Assembly (NCBI GenBank): GCA_003344405.1
Contig: NOWV01000228.1
Location: forward strand, 1-64,000
From: Trichoplax sp. H2
Taxonomy: Eukaryota
Direction: 5' to 3'
DNA: 64,000 bases
The notes under the pieces were generated by a model, which saw only the letters and a program-made list of their open reading frames with translations, did not search any database and was not told the DNA's origin. Positions 52,860-64,000 of the stretch are shown here, in pieces. The first letter of the stretch is position 1. Every line of letters starts with the position of its first letter. The translations under genes were made by a program, and so were the position numbers.

Positions 52860-54750
52860 TTAGCCTTCATTAATAGCTTCTTCTATTGTCATTTCACATG
52901 CCACTTTAGTAATGTGTTGGAATGCTTTTGCAGAATATTTTGTACCACCAGGACAAGTCTTTTTGACATCATCATCAGTACATGTGCTTTTGCTTTTCTT
53001 ACTCTTACAGCACTTTCCCTTCAGTTTGTTAAATTCTGTCTTAGCAGAAGCACGCTTGTCATAGGTATCTAGGAAAGTGAGTGCTTCATCCCGATCTTGA
53101 ATGTTCTCTGCATGATATAAATTGCAAAATATAGTAAAAATTTAGGATTAGCGCATAGCCTTAAATATATTGAATAAAAGATAACAACGTATCTTCATAA
53201 AATTATCAAGTAGAATATATTTTTAATCTTTAACTCCTTTCTGAACAATACTTGAAGAGATCACAGCCGCATATTATATAACATAAAACGTAGAACGAAG
53301 GTAATTTTGTCAGATTTCTATTGTTAAAACTTCGATGCCGTAGCACAGGAAAAATTATCATTAAATACTATGCTTTAGAAATATCTAAACCTTACCGTAA
53401 AGTATATACAATTATAATACTGCTACGTTATAGTAGTTGGGTCTAAAAGCAATCTCATACCTACCAATCAAAACCTAACAATTTTCTAAATCCCAAATTT
53501 CAAGTAAGAAATATATTATAAATCCTGATATCTATTCCGCTATTGGTAATTTAAAATGAAAAACTAACCCTATAATGTAAAGCGACTGATTACTAATTAA
53601 CTGAAATCTAGTTGCTGTTAAATAAGCTCAATCGTGAAAAAATTTTCAATAATTATAACGTCATATGATACATTAAACTATGGTTACACAATCCAACGGA
53701 AAATATAACAAAAATATTCCTTATAATATCGATATTATATTACTTAAAAAGCTGATTTAAATCAAGCTAATTTACTATATCCATCAAGTTTTCAATTCAT
53801 ACTAAATAAATATGACAATCACTATTACATAAATAATACTATACTAGTAAGCTTTCGCGCATCCAGTCATACATTATTACTGAGTATATCGATAATCAGA
53901 GCGATATAGCGTAAAAAAATTGATTCGCTTTATAATAATGAAACGTCTTCAATAATTCTAAAATTTACATTTGCTATCCAATCATTAAAATGATACAGGC
54001 CTTCAAATTCTATTAATCAATAAGACTACAAAATGCAAGTATCCACCTTTTTGATTGTCAACGAATATAAAAGTAACGTAGCATCTTAAGATCTTCACTT
54101 TTTGTGTCATACGTACTTGCAATCGAATTTTAGTATGATCATTGTAATCAAAATGTCTACCAATATCTATCCATATTTAATTGAGAACGGAAGCTATTGA
54201 TCATAAGTGATTATACAGTAATGTGCGCTTGTTAAATAATAAATAGAAAGATGTACAATACTCATATACTTCTCTTACGTTGCAAAACATACAGAAATGA
54301 ATAAAAGAAATCTTGTAAATAGGAAGTCGAAGGCATGATAGCATTAGATATTCAATAGATAGCCTCGAACTGAAAGTCAAGCTGATAATTTACCAAAGGA
54401 AAATGAATTAAATTAATGACTCTTTGGTTCTGTTAGTGCTTGAAAGCCACTTAGTTTTATTCTGTTACAAGCTTACCATTATTTTTCAATTCTTCATCTA
54501 ATCGAGTTGTGATACCGTGTTTTCTTAAGCATTTTTGGCTGACCGGACAATCAATGAAGTGGAATTTAATGTTACAGAGGTGGAAATAGCGCGCCACTAT
54601 AGTTCTATCATCATGGCATACGATAGGTGTTGTTTCGACGGTTTCACCAATGTAAAAGTTTTCAAGAAGACATTTTGTATATGCCTTTGGTTTTGCAGCA
54701 CATAAGACAGCCAATGTGAGCAAAATCACCACTGAAGTATAATGAACCAT
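52860..54750 (-). CDS. Secreted insulin-like prepropeptide A with extra cysteines, 173 aa. Exons 54750-54477, 53107-52860
   Basis: Signal-peptide-like N-terminus MVHYTSVVILLTLAVLCAA, B-like IVCHDDRTIVARYFHLC, phase-1 intron in the connecting region, EALTFL...KR, A-like KCCKSKKSKSTCTDDDVKKTC (CC-x8-C-x8-C), C-terminal extension ending VACEMTIEEAINEG. Confidence 0.75.
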
Positions 54751-57700
54751 TTTATTTCTGATATCGTTGTATGTAACTCAACCTCTCTACTAAATTCTAA
54801 TCAAGTATAACGAAAAAATATCGCTCAGAAAATGATTATCAACCTTTAAAAGCTATTTATTTCCATTTATACATTATCAATATAGTTATGCAGCAAGAAT
54901 AATTATTTTTATGTAATGTAGTGGGTAGTTTAGAACAAGACCTATTGCCAATAATATTGTATTTTTTAAATTTCAACTTACGTAACGCTACGCCTAGTCT
55001 GTCGCTTAAGCCAAAATTGAGCCAGCAATGGACTATGGAGTGCCTTATATACTTGTGGCCAGGGTATTTTGATTTCATTAAAACTTTTCATTATCTTATT
55101 TTAGTAACATGTCAGCTTTACAATGTATTTAATAGAAATTCAACCACCATAATTGGGTTTTCTAGCCCATAATCGAAATCGAATTATATTGTAGCTAAAA
55201 ATATACGATTCGAATCAATCAAATACTAATTGATGTTATGATGAACAGGTGCAAGTGGGCACCGGCCTTATTGACATAGTTGATGAAATGTGTGCTCTAG
55301 GTTACAATCAACCCATCCTGTTTCATGTTGAAATAATACAATATATTTATTTATGTTCTTCTATTAACTTCTCTTTTACTGTCATCAAAAGCCATAAAAA
55401 AAACTCTTTCTGTTATCATTATTCGATCTTACTAATCAGCTTGTTTCTAGTAGAAATAATCAATTTATCTGCTAAAAACGAAGTATAAATAAAATTTTTC
55501 CAAGTTAGAACCTCTCTATCTTCTAGAGATCACTTTTACTTAGAGCCAAACCTAATAATTTCTGAAAATAGGAGGAAATCTCAAGAAATTGCTAACATTC
55601 TAATTGCTCAATTTAATTGACCTTTTTGATTGAAAATCAATATTAAAGTGGTCATTAAATGATCATTTTCTATTTATTATCGTTGCTATCTTATTAAAAC
55701 ATATTAAAGACGTCATTATTTGTAAATCAAAAATTTTGGCTTATAGCCGAATACGAAGTGAAGTTTAGAAGCCTAGATTATATACTGAGCCATTGGAAGA
55801 AATCAATAGACCCGTTCAGCCGCATAAAACGGTATTGACAAAGAAGATAGCATTAATGCTCATAGATATATCAATATAAACTTTCTACCGGTGAAATTGA
55901 TACATTGAAACTATAGACATGAATGAAGTCGGTCCTATTTTATTTTTTCCTTTTTTAAATTTATTACTTAATCACGTACGCTCTATTTTACCAGTCTGGC
56001 TAAAGAGACATTACCTGTATTGAAAATATTTATAGTCCGCATCCATCGCGTAATCGTGATTTAGCTTTCAATTACATTAATTAAACTATTACAATATAAC
56101 AAAATAATTTAAATAGAATTAATTCCAGTTTATGACAGTAACAAAAACCTTGCTATAAAATTAAACAGAATTTGACTATAATAAATTTGATGAAAAAGTA
56201 ATTTAACCAATAAATAGTTTTTCATCCTTTTATTAGTAACCATGTTTATAAACATTTATCTATCAAGGAATATAAAAACATCTTAACTGGAAAAATTAAC
56301 TTCACCTTATTAAAAAATTGGAAAAGCTGATACTTAGAAGATCCATACTCATGCTTTATACGGTCTTAATTTTAAATCGTATCAGGGGAAGATAGCGAAG
56401 CTGATGAATTTTTAAAGTCATTTAGTTGAGAATTTTACACAAATGGTATCGATAGTTGCTAAGTCTAATCAATTTGATGAAGAAAAATATTCTTGTAAAA
56501 AAATTTATTGCCAGATGTGATTACGATGCCGGTAAGTCAATAGAGTCATTCAATGACGTCAAAAGTGGATTATGATTAGCCATAACATTGAAACTTTATT
56601 ATTGTCAAGTATCCAGTTAATTTCAAATTGTTTCATGAATCAAAATCATAACATTATTAGTCTTTGACGACACATTAATAAAATGACTACGATGACATGG
56701 AAAATATTTTAGAGCGAATCCCATTAGAATCGGGTATAACATTTTATTTAAATACTTCTGTAGATACCATAACAATTATTCGCCATTAAGGCGATAGCCA
56801 TAGACTAATGAGTATTGTGATTATGTAATTTCTTCTAAGATCTTCTATAGATAGGTGATATTTTACACATCTATCGATATCGGAGATAGCCTGAACCGGG
56901 ATCTTTTTATTATGAATTAAATTACTGTGATACCTTAATGGGGCTCTCCAGTGATCATATTAGTAATCATTAGTGCTATATAGCATCGATAATACACAAC
57001 ATCATGCTTAAAGTTGCACAAAGCCATAGTAGCCTGTAATTCGAACCTTTAGGGGTAAGCTAGATACTCTAACCTAATACAGTATATTCTTAGTTAGATA
57101 TTAGTCGCTACGAACGTTAGCTGTATTGTCTAATTTATTATTTCATCGCTATTTCAACTTAGTTTGCACCATTTGTATGGTGACTACTAATAAACAAATT
57201 TCGATTTAGTATGTTGCTGCAATTGCAAGAAGGTAGTTAGCGATCTGATTAACTGACCAGCCGAGAATAGAGCAGGTATATTACTTCGAAGTTATTTGTT
57301 GATAACTTTGATATTGGATTATACTGATAGATATTGCATTACCGTAATTATAACGTGATACAGTAATACAATTCTTCTTAAATCACTTCATGATGCGTTT
57401 TCGCTTTAGGTAAGTTAGCTGTTAATATTAAAGGTAATGCTTAGATAGAAGCATATCTTGTAACAGAAAATTTTACTCTTGGATATTAAATTTAGTTGTC
57501 TGTGCGAATAAAAAAATTTTTAATCACATGTAAAAAATTGTAGTTTATAGCACATTTAGTAATTCGGAGTTCGCTTCAGGGTTGGTATCGATAAGCGTAC
57601 GTTGGAAAATCTGACTTGAAAGAGGGTCTAAGTTCAAAGCTATTGTGGTAGCTATCTTAACTCTATTAACATAAACCTATAAATGATTATTCATTCCAAT

Positions 57701-60700
57701 GAATGTCTTATAATGGAGTATAACTCTGCAATCCATACGTTAACGAATGTACTTCACCAGGTAGACTCTAGTTATTTCCATATCAATCACAAAATAGCTA
57801 TTTATAAATCTCTAATTAGAATCACAACCATTATAATCTCTCTTTCCATCGTCTAACTTTGTTGTCATGAGGTACTTAAGCAAGAATAACATGATCAATA
57901 GCCTTGGAGACTTCTTTATCGCTAGACAGAAATAGCATGTCGGATTAGAAGATTGAATCGAAAAATCGATTCGAATGTACGGTTCACCACAAAGCCTGTT
58001 TGTTAATAGAATATTTAACCGAAAGTTTGCGACCTATTTTTACGCCTATAATTGAAATTTAAAACATAGCAGTACAGATTTTGTTTACCGAATACCAGAT
58101 GATTCAATTAAATTGTTGTTACAAAGTGAATCTTTGTTGCACAAATACTTATCTTATTTTCATTAGATAAAATAGGTTAGTATTTGTTGTAATATCGCTA
58201 TCTATAGAACGGTGTTATACATAGTTTTACTTTATAGATAAGGGAATAGTTGTATGATATTATCTATCTAATGGTAACTAATATTATTGTAACCCCTACT
58301 ATAAAATGGCTGACATTTTAATAAAGTTTGGGTTCAGTTTTTGTCTTAGAGATTCTAACGCTTTACGGTAACATTCTGAAGAGAAATCGTCAATATTTAG
58401 ACTTGTACCATAGGTAGATCTTAAAAAGATAGACCTGGCAGTGGCTCTAAACATTGATTTTCAAGTAATAATTTAATTTTTCCTTGTTTAAAGTCTCGAT
58501 TTGCAACAAATTTTTCGTCAGAATTGCCCAGGAATGTGAACGAGACTGTTTACAACATTCTGGTAACTTTGTCTATATCCTAATATCTATTCATCTTTTA
58601 TGTTATATTAAAATTTATATCGGTGTCAGCATAATTAATAGATATCGTAATTAAATGAAGTACAGTGTGTAATCCTTCAACTTTGATAAAATCTAAGATC
58701 GAATTATTCATGTTGATGTTCCTGAGTAGTAGAAATGTAATAAGCTAGGCTTCTTCTATTTTTAATACGATATTTTTATTTCCTGAAAATTCTTTTTTCT
58801 TAATGGAAATTTTATGCAAACATTACGGTAATTTACAATTATGCGATCGTTAATTTGTTTGTATCAAAATAAATTATCCTAGATTTTGCTCAAGACAATA
58901 AATATTCTGACATTATTAACTTCCGTCCGCTGTGAAAGCTATGCCATCGCCAAAACATGGTATAATAATTCAAGAATTTGCTCTAGGTTAGCTTTCTCCT
59001 TTTTAGATATAATACCTCTTAATTGCTTTAGATAATACTTCATGAACACTCATCACATCAAAAAAGGTTATAATTTGATGATTCTGTTCGTAAATATCAA
59101 AGTTTTATCTCATCAAATCTTTTTATAGCACGAATAAGTAACCCTATTCAAATAGTCATAGCTCTATTTCGATGCGATAGATAAACTAGCGAAAATAAAT
59201 AAATACGGAACCTGTTCTTAATTTAAACTATAATTACTGTAATAACTACGAACATGGCGCCGCAAAAGTGCAAATTACTGTCATTGTTTTAAAAATCGTT
59301 CTATATCTTAAATTTTGACTCTTTCCTGACTTAGAATTAGGATTGAATTATACCACTACTAAAGCTAGCATTACTGCCGCCCGTTGCACTGTATTTAACA
59401 GTAATATTTAAAGTGCTTTAGTAATTAGCCGCTGCGCCATATGACGTAATATTCTTCAAACATATCTAGATAGTTCTTGTTTTTAACATGTATGCTAGGA
59501 ATACTTTAGAAATAGAGATAATACTTAGCAGACCATAACATAATCTGGAACCCAAATAACTACAATTTTCACAAGTATAACGCTTCAGATTTTGCCTATG
59601 GCTATAGAACGGAAATCAACTTCAAGATGGGATATTGTAATTATCAAACTGTAATACTTAAGTAAATTTTTGTCATTGATCAATTGCCAAATAGTGGCTT
59701 TAAAGATTTAAATAAGTAACTTTTCGTCTAAAATTATAGGTACTACCTTAGAGTTTTAAAGAGACCAAAGTAATCTAGAAGACTATGGTTTATTCAGTTT
59801 GCAGTAACCTAACGGCTACCGAGACTATCAAAAAATCGATGTTTATAAGTCATTATTTTATGGAGGTAATTACTAGGCAAGTAATATATTTTAGATTGAA
59901 ATGTTAGAATTAAAAAAATGTGATCTTAGACCGATTTTTTTAAGATTCATCAATCGGAATACGCTAAGATATGGTTGTTTTCACTCAAAAACTTAGCATA
60001 GTTAAAGTCCTGAACTAGAATTAGAACATTCCCAACAGCAAGAAATACGTTTTAAGGAGTCAGTCATTTAGATTACATATTGGAATTTAAGACCATACGA
60101 TGTCAAAATGCGGAGGTAATTATTAATCATTTGATATACATAATTTTCGATTCTATTATCGATCATAGTTTGGTTAAATTACATACCGTAAGTCTTTGAT
60201 ATTATTGAAATGAGAAATAAATAACAGATTAAATTACACTATGACCAGAATAATTGTCTATGACTGATGAACTATAGTTAATCAATATCTAGTTCATTTA
60301 CTGAAATCCATTGTAGAAATTGACAAGTAGAGCCATATTTATATGCAACGATTTATCTCTATCTAAAATTAGTTTGCCTAAGAAAAGCGATTATTTTTAA
60401 ACTTTTATGCCTGTATTGCAATAATAATTCTTAATTATCAAACCGTTGCAATCAATGCCAAAAGGTAAAGTAAAACTGCTATGTCCGATGCAAAATCTTT
60501 CGTATTCGAGCGACCAAGATTTTAGGTATTAAATCCACAGGATTGAAAAAAATTTATATAAAAACACATTCAATCAATATTGATTCTAAAATATGGTGCC
60601 TTTGCTACAATTTAATTCCAGTTATAGTAAATAATAAATAACGTAACTCTAACTACACAAGTGATATCGTATGACATTGCAAGATACATTTTATTCTAGG

Positions 60701-61142
60701 TGTCACGGTACGAACTACCGTGAAGAAATAGCTATCTAAATTTGGTTAATATAATATAGCGATAATATATTACAACTAGTTACTGACAATAGGAATTACT
60801 CTAATTATAAATATGTTACAGTAAATTTAATGCTGTGCTGTAATGTGCACTGAAATGATTCTGTGAATGGACATATTGTAGTCCGACTGTGAAAAATTAG
60901 TTACTAGATGTTCTCAACTAAGTATTTTTATAAGATGACTTATGATTGTTAGCTGCTGTACAAGGGTATATAAACCCGTCAGATAGTTGAATAAAATAGT
61001 TCTCAATTGTCTAGTTGAGTTTAACGTAGAAGCAAAGGCGTCTAAATTCTTGTGAGGTTGCTAAGGGATACTGAATCCCGGAGACTATAGTAATTTAGAG
61101 ATTTGTTTTACGTTATCCTTGTCACGAAGCTAGTTTGTGACA
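60701..61142 (+). mobile_element. Solo-LTR-like element (442 bp)
   Basis: TGTCAC...GTGACA termini, perfect 5-bp TSD CTAGG (60696-60700 and 61143-61147). Confidence 0.8.
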
Positions 61143-61252
61143 CTAGGATATGATGTAATGACTGCAATTTAAAAATTTATGATTAAATATATGCATATCT
61201 CGGATGAGAATTACTGGAACAGAATTCTTAAAATCTTTACTAGGAAACTGTA

Positions 61253-61804
61253 TGTCACAAAGATAACGTAAATAAATTTCTAAATATAGTCTCCGGGATT
61301 TAGTATCCCTTAACTACCTCACAAGAATTTAGACGCCTTTGCTTCTGTTAAAACAACTATATAACTCTTCTTTTATTCAATTACCTGCCGAGCTTAAATA
61401 CCCTTCGGCAGCAGCTATCACGTATGAGTCGTAACAGTTCATGAAATTTAGCTCATATTGGACAGCTAAATTAATACAGACATTATTCATAATTTTGGAC
61501 ATGCACTGAACGATTCTATATAATTAGACAACAGTATGTCTGTCCACTAACAGAATTATTTATAGTATCATCTATAATTGGATATCTTCACGATATTCAT
61601 CACAAGCGTTCAAAGTCATAACACTATATAATCAATTGATATTAGTTACCTTATGAGAATTCTTACTACAATAAAGCATAATTTACAGTAGCAAAATAAC
61701 AACTATCGTAGTTCTTGCCGTAAGTCATTGTTAGTTATCTCCATATATAAATGTAAAACACTAAATTTAGTCATTTACTCTTCACGGTGGTTCATACCGT
61801 GACG
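61253..61804 (-). mobile_element. Solo-LTR-like element (552 bp), inverted relative of 60701-61142
   Basis: TGTCAC...GTGACG termini, flanks CTGTA/CTATA. 61284-61345 is the reverse complement of about 61028-61089, and 61780-61804 of 60701-60726. Confidence 0.75.
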
Positions 61805-63458
61805 CTATAGCAATCGTACTTTAAAAGCAGCGCAATTTAGAGAAAATGTCTCTTTATTTCAATTTACTGCCAATTGTAAGCTTTAGATGTATTTGTAAGA
61901 GAGCATTCATTTTAGAGTTTGCCTATAATTATCAAAATAGCATATAGTGTTCAAAGAAAAGACTAAGACAGACAAAAACTCTTCATCTAGAACACAGATA
62001 AGTAACCGCGTTAGCAATTAAACTTTATGGAAGGGTAAAGTAACTTTTACCGTAGTTCATCAACAAAATTACGAAAATCATTTTAATGAAAACTCATCAT
62101 ATTCAAAGCATTATCTAAATACGTTTATCGGTTAAATCACATTTTATTTAATATCATTTTTGCATGTAACAGTATTACTATGAATAGCATATTTTCTTTC
62201 ATATAATCTTAATTAGCGTTAACTGGTGCAAAGTGGATAACGAATTATGATTTGCTATGAAATACGAATTACAGAAGTTGTAATAACAGATGCAGATTTG
62301 CTCATTAAGAGATTAAAGTTAGCTAGATGTAAATATTCTTATCTTGATTTATTTCATAATATAAATTATTCTGATGAGAGAAGATTAATAAGGCGTTTTT
62401 ACTTTATCGCGCAATAGAAAGGCTCCTTTTAGTTTCTATAAGCTTGTGACTTGTATCGCCAGCTTGTGAACAAGGAAAATATAAGACACTGTACCCCCTT
62501 TTATCTTTAACAATAAAATTAGTCTTCTACGTACTCCTCGGTAACCCTCTTCTCGTAAGAACAATACTTAACAAAAATTACGACTATATAAAGAATGATA
62601 AATCCGGATGCAGATAAAGTAGCCAGGTTATTAATTAATCATACGGTATACTCATTTACTAGATAAACTTTATTTTAATCAGTAAACTAAACTAGTTAAA
62701 ACCTCGAATTTTTATGCTGTCATGTTTATTACTACTTCCTGTTGCTTCATATATGCTACCACTTCTATAATCAGAAATTTATGAAAGAAAATTCTAAAAA
62801 TTCTAAAAATTAACTTTCATTATACAGGAATTGATAAGTAACATCGAATGCGTGCTCAGCTTATATTCATCGCAGGTTTATATAGCGAAGTTCCTCGCTC
62901 TTTCCTGTAGTGCAAACATATCTTACAATGTTTTCTTTGAGGGTTCTCAATTTACCTTTGCATAACTTATGATCAATCATAATAGTACTTAATAAATCAA
63001 TAGCAGCACACATTATTATAAATCCAAAATCTTACCTCGATGCTATTTCATCAATGCATTTTTATTGTAGCAAAATTAAATTTTGGGGCATTTTTGATGA
63101 ACAACTATAGTATTATAGCCCAAACTAATGAATGAATATTAATTTCTCGTACAATTTTATAGAAATAACGAACTTCACTAACTTCATCAAAATGTCGATA
63201 TCTTAAATTAAAATTTAATATTGATAAAATGACTAAACGTTATTTCTAGCAGCAAGTTTCTTGCAAAAGGCAAATCCAAACAACAAAATTAATTTACCAC
63301 TTTTCAGTTTGGTTCATGTATTTTATTTTTCTTCACATCATCATGCTATATGGTTATTAATCAAGTTAATACTGTCAATCAAACTATAACGGAATATTAT
63401 AGCTATACTAAATAGATAGTCTGCTTGCTTTCGATTACAACGTGATACTGCGTTACAA

Positions 63459-64000
63459 TCAAAGATTTTCTTCAATAAAAATTTCGCATCCACCGATGAC
63501 CATTTGTTCATAAGTTGATTCATCATAACTGCTGCCAGCTGGGCAGAGAGAGGGTAAAGCCAAACATTGAGCTGGAGGATTTGGAGCAGGCATACAACAT
63601 TTTTCGTCTAATCTTTCCAAATTTAACGGGGCCAATCGAGCATACATTGGATGACCAAATTTCAAAAACGAATCAGCTGAGCCACGGCCTGCAGTTAATT
63701 CTTCACAGTGCGAGAAAAGAAAATTGAAATAAGAAACAAATAAACAAGATAGCTGTTCTGTATATATTTGTATGCACTATAAATGAAAAGAGCTATAAGT
63801 AAACGCTCATTTATCAATATTTAATCTTCAGATTAATATTTTAAAGCAAAATCTGATCTAAATATTGAAATAGAATAGGTAGCACTAAAATCAACCGGTG
63901 CTACTGCAGTTAGCTAACCTGATCCAAATTTAGTATAGCGTGCTTGATTATTTTCGGTGTCCAGATCGAAATCACTAATAGAACGTCGTTTCTTAAGAGG
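63459..64000 (-). CDS. Insulin-like prepropeptide B, 5'-truncated by the window. Exons >64000-63919 and 63700 (or 63688)-63459
   Basis: Upstream exon reads PLKKRRSISDFDLDTENNQARYTKFGS with a phase-1 GTTAGC donor. The last exon reads ...SADSFLKFGHPMYARLAPLNLERLDEKCCMPAPNPPAQCLALPSLCPAGSSY...GCEIFIEENL and aligns with peptide A (KCC, CPxGxxY, CExxIEE). Confidence 0.7.

Noticed and set aside
52758..53072. Plus-strand 104-aa ORF, and similar antisense ORFs at 3175-3495, 15622-15903 and 63515-63727
   Set aside because: These are antisense shadows of real exons on the opposite strand.
54857..60700. Search for a third insulin-like gene between the two paralogs
   Set aside because: The Cys-Cys codon pairs I checked (near 58136, 58500, 60035) hit stops quickly, and the short ORFs look like AT-rich noise.
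60701..61804. Single MITE or foldback transposon interpretation
   Set aside because: Each arm has its own termini and TSD, and the outer flanks (CTAGG versus CTATA) do not form a shared TSD.

Overview
AT-rich eukaryotic (animal) genomic DNA with short GT-AG introns and two 20-N assembly gaps. Composition, compact genes and (TACTG/CAGTA)-rich promoter DNA suggest an early-branching animal such as the placozoan Trichoplax; this is inference, not proven. Genes were rebuilt by hand from splice sites. (1) A 3-exon ADP-ribosylglycohydrolase-fold gene of the SelJ/J1-crystallin-like type (1651-3489, +). (2) A 6-exon flavin-containing monooxygenase (11516-15973, +). (3) A tandem family of seven CD20/MS4A-like four-transmembrane genes, six on the minus strand plus one inverted pseudogene, with a shared 5-exon plan and divergent Q/P-rich tails (5320-49709). 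(4) Two paralogous genes for atypical, extra-cysteine insulin-like prepropeptides (52860-54750 and 63459->64000, -), which the ORF track only shows in fragments. There are also several solo-LTR-like elements with target-site duplications, an apparently heterozygous insertion with both empty and filled alleles in the assembly (35330-37010), and a probable gene-conversion tract. All family assignments come from motif recognition, not database searches.
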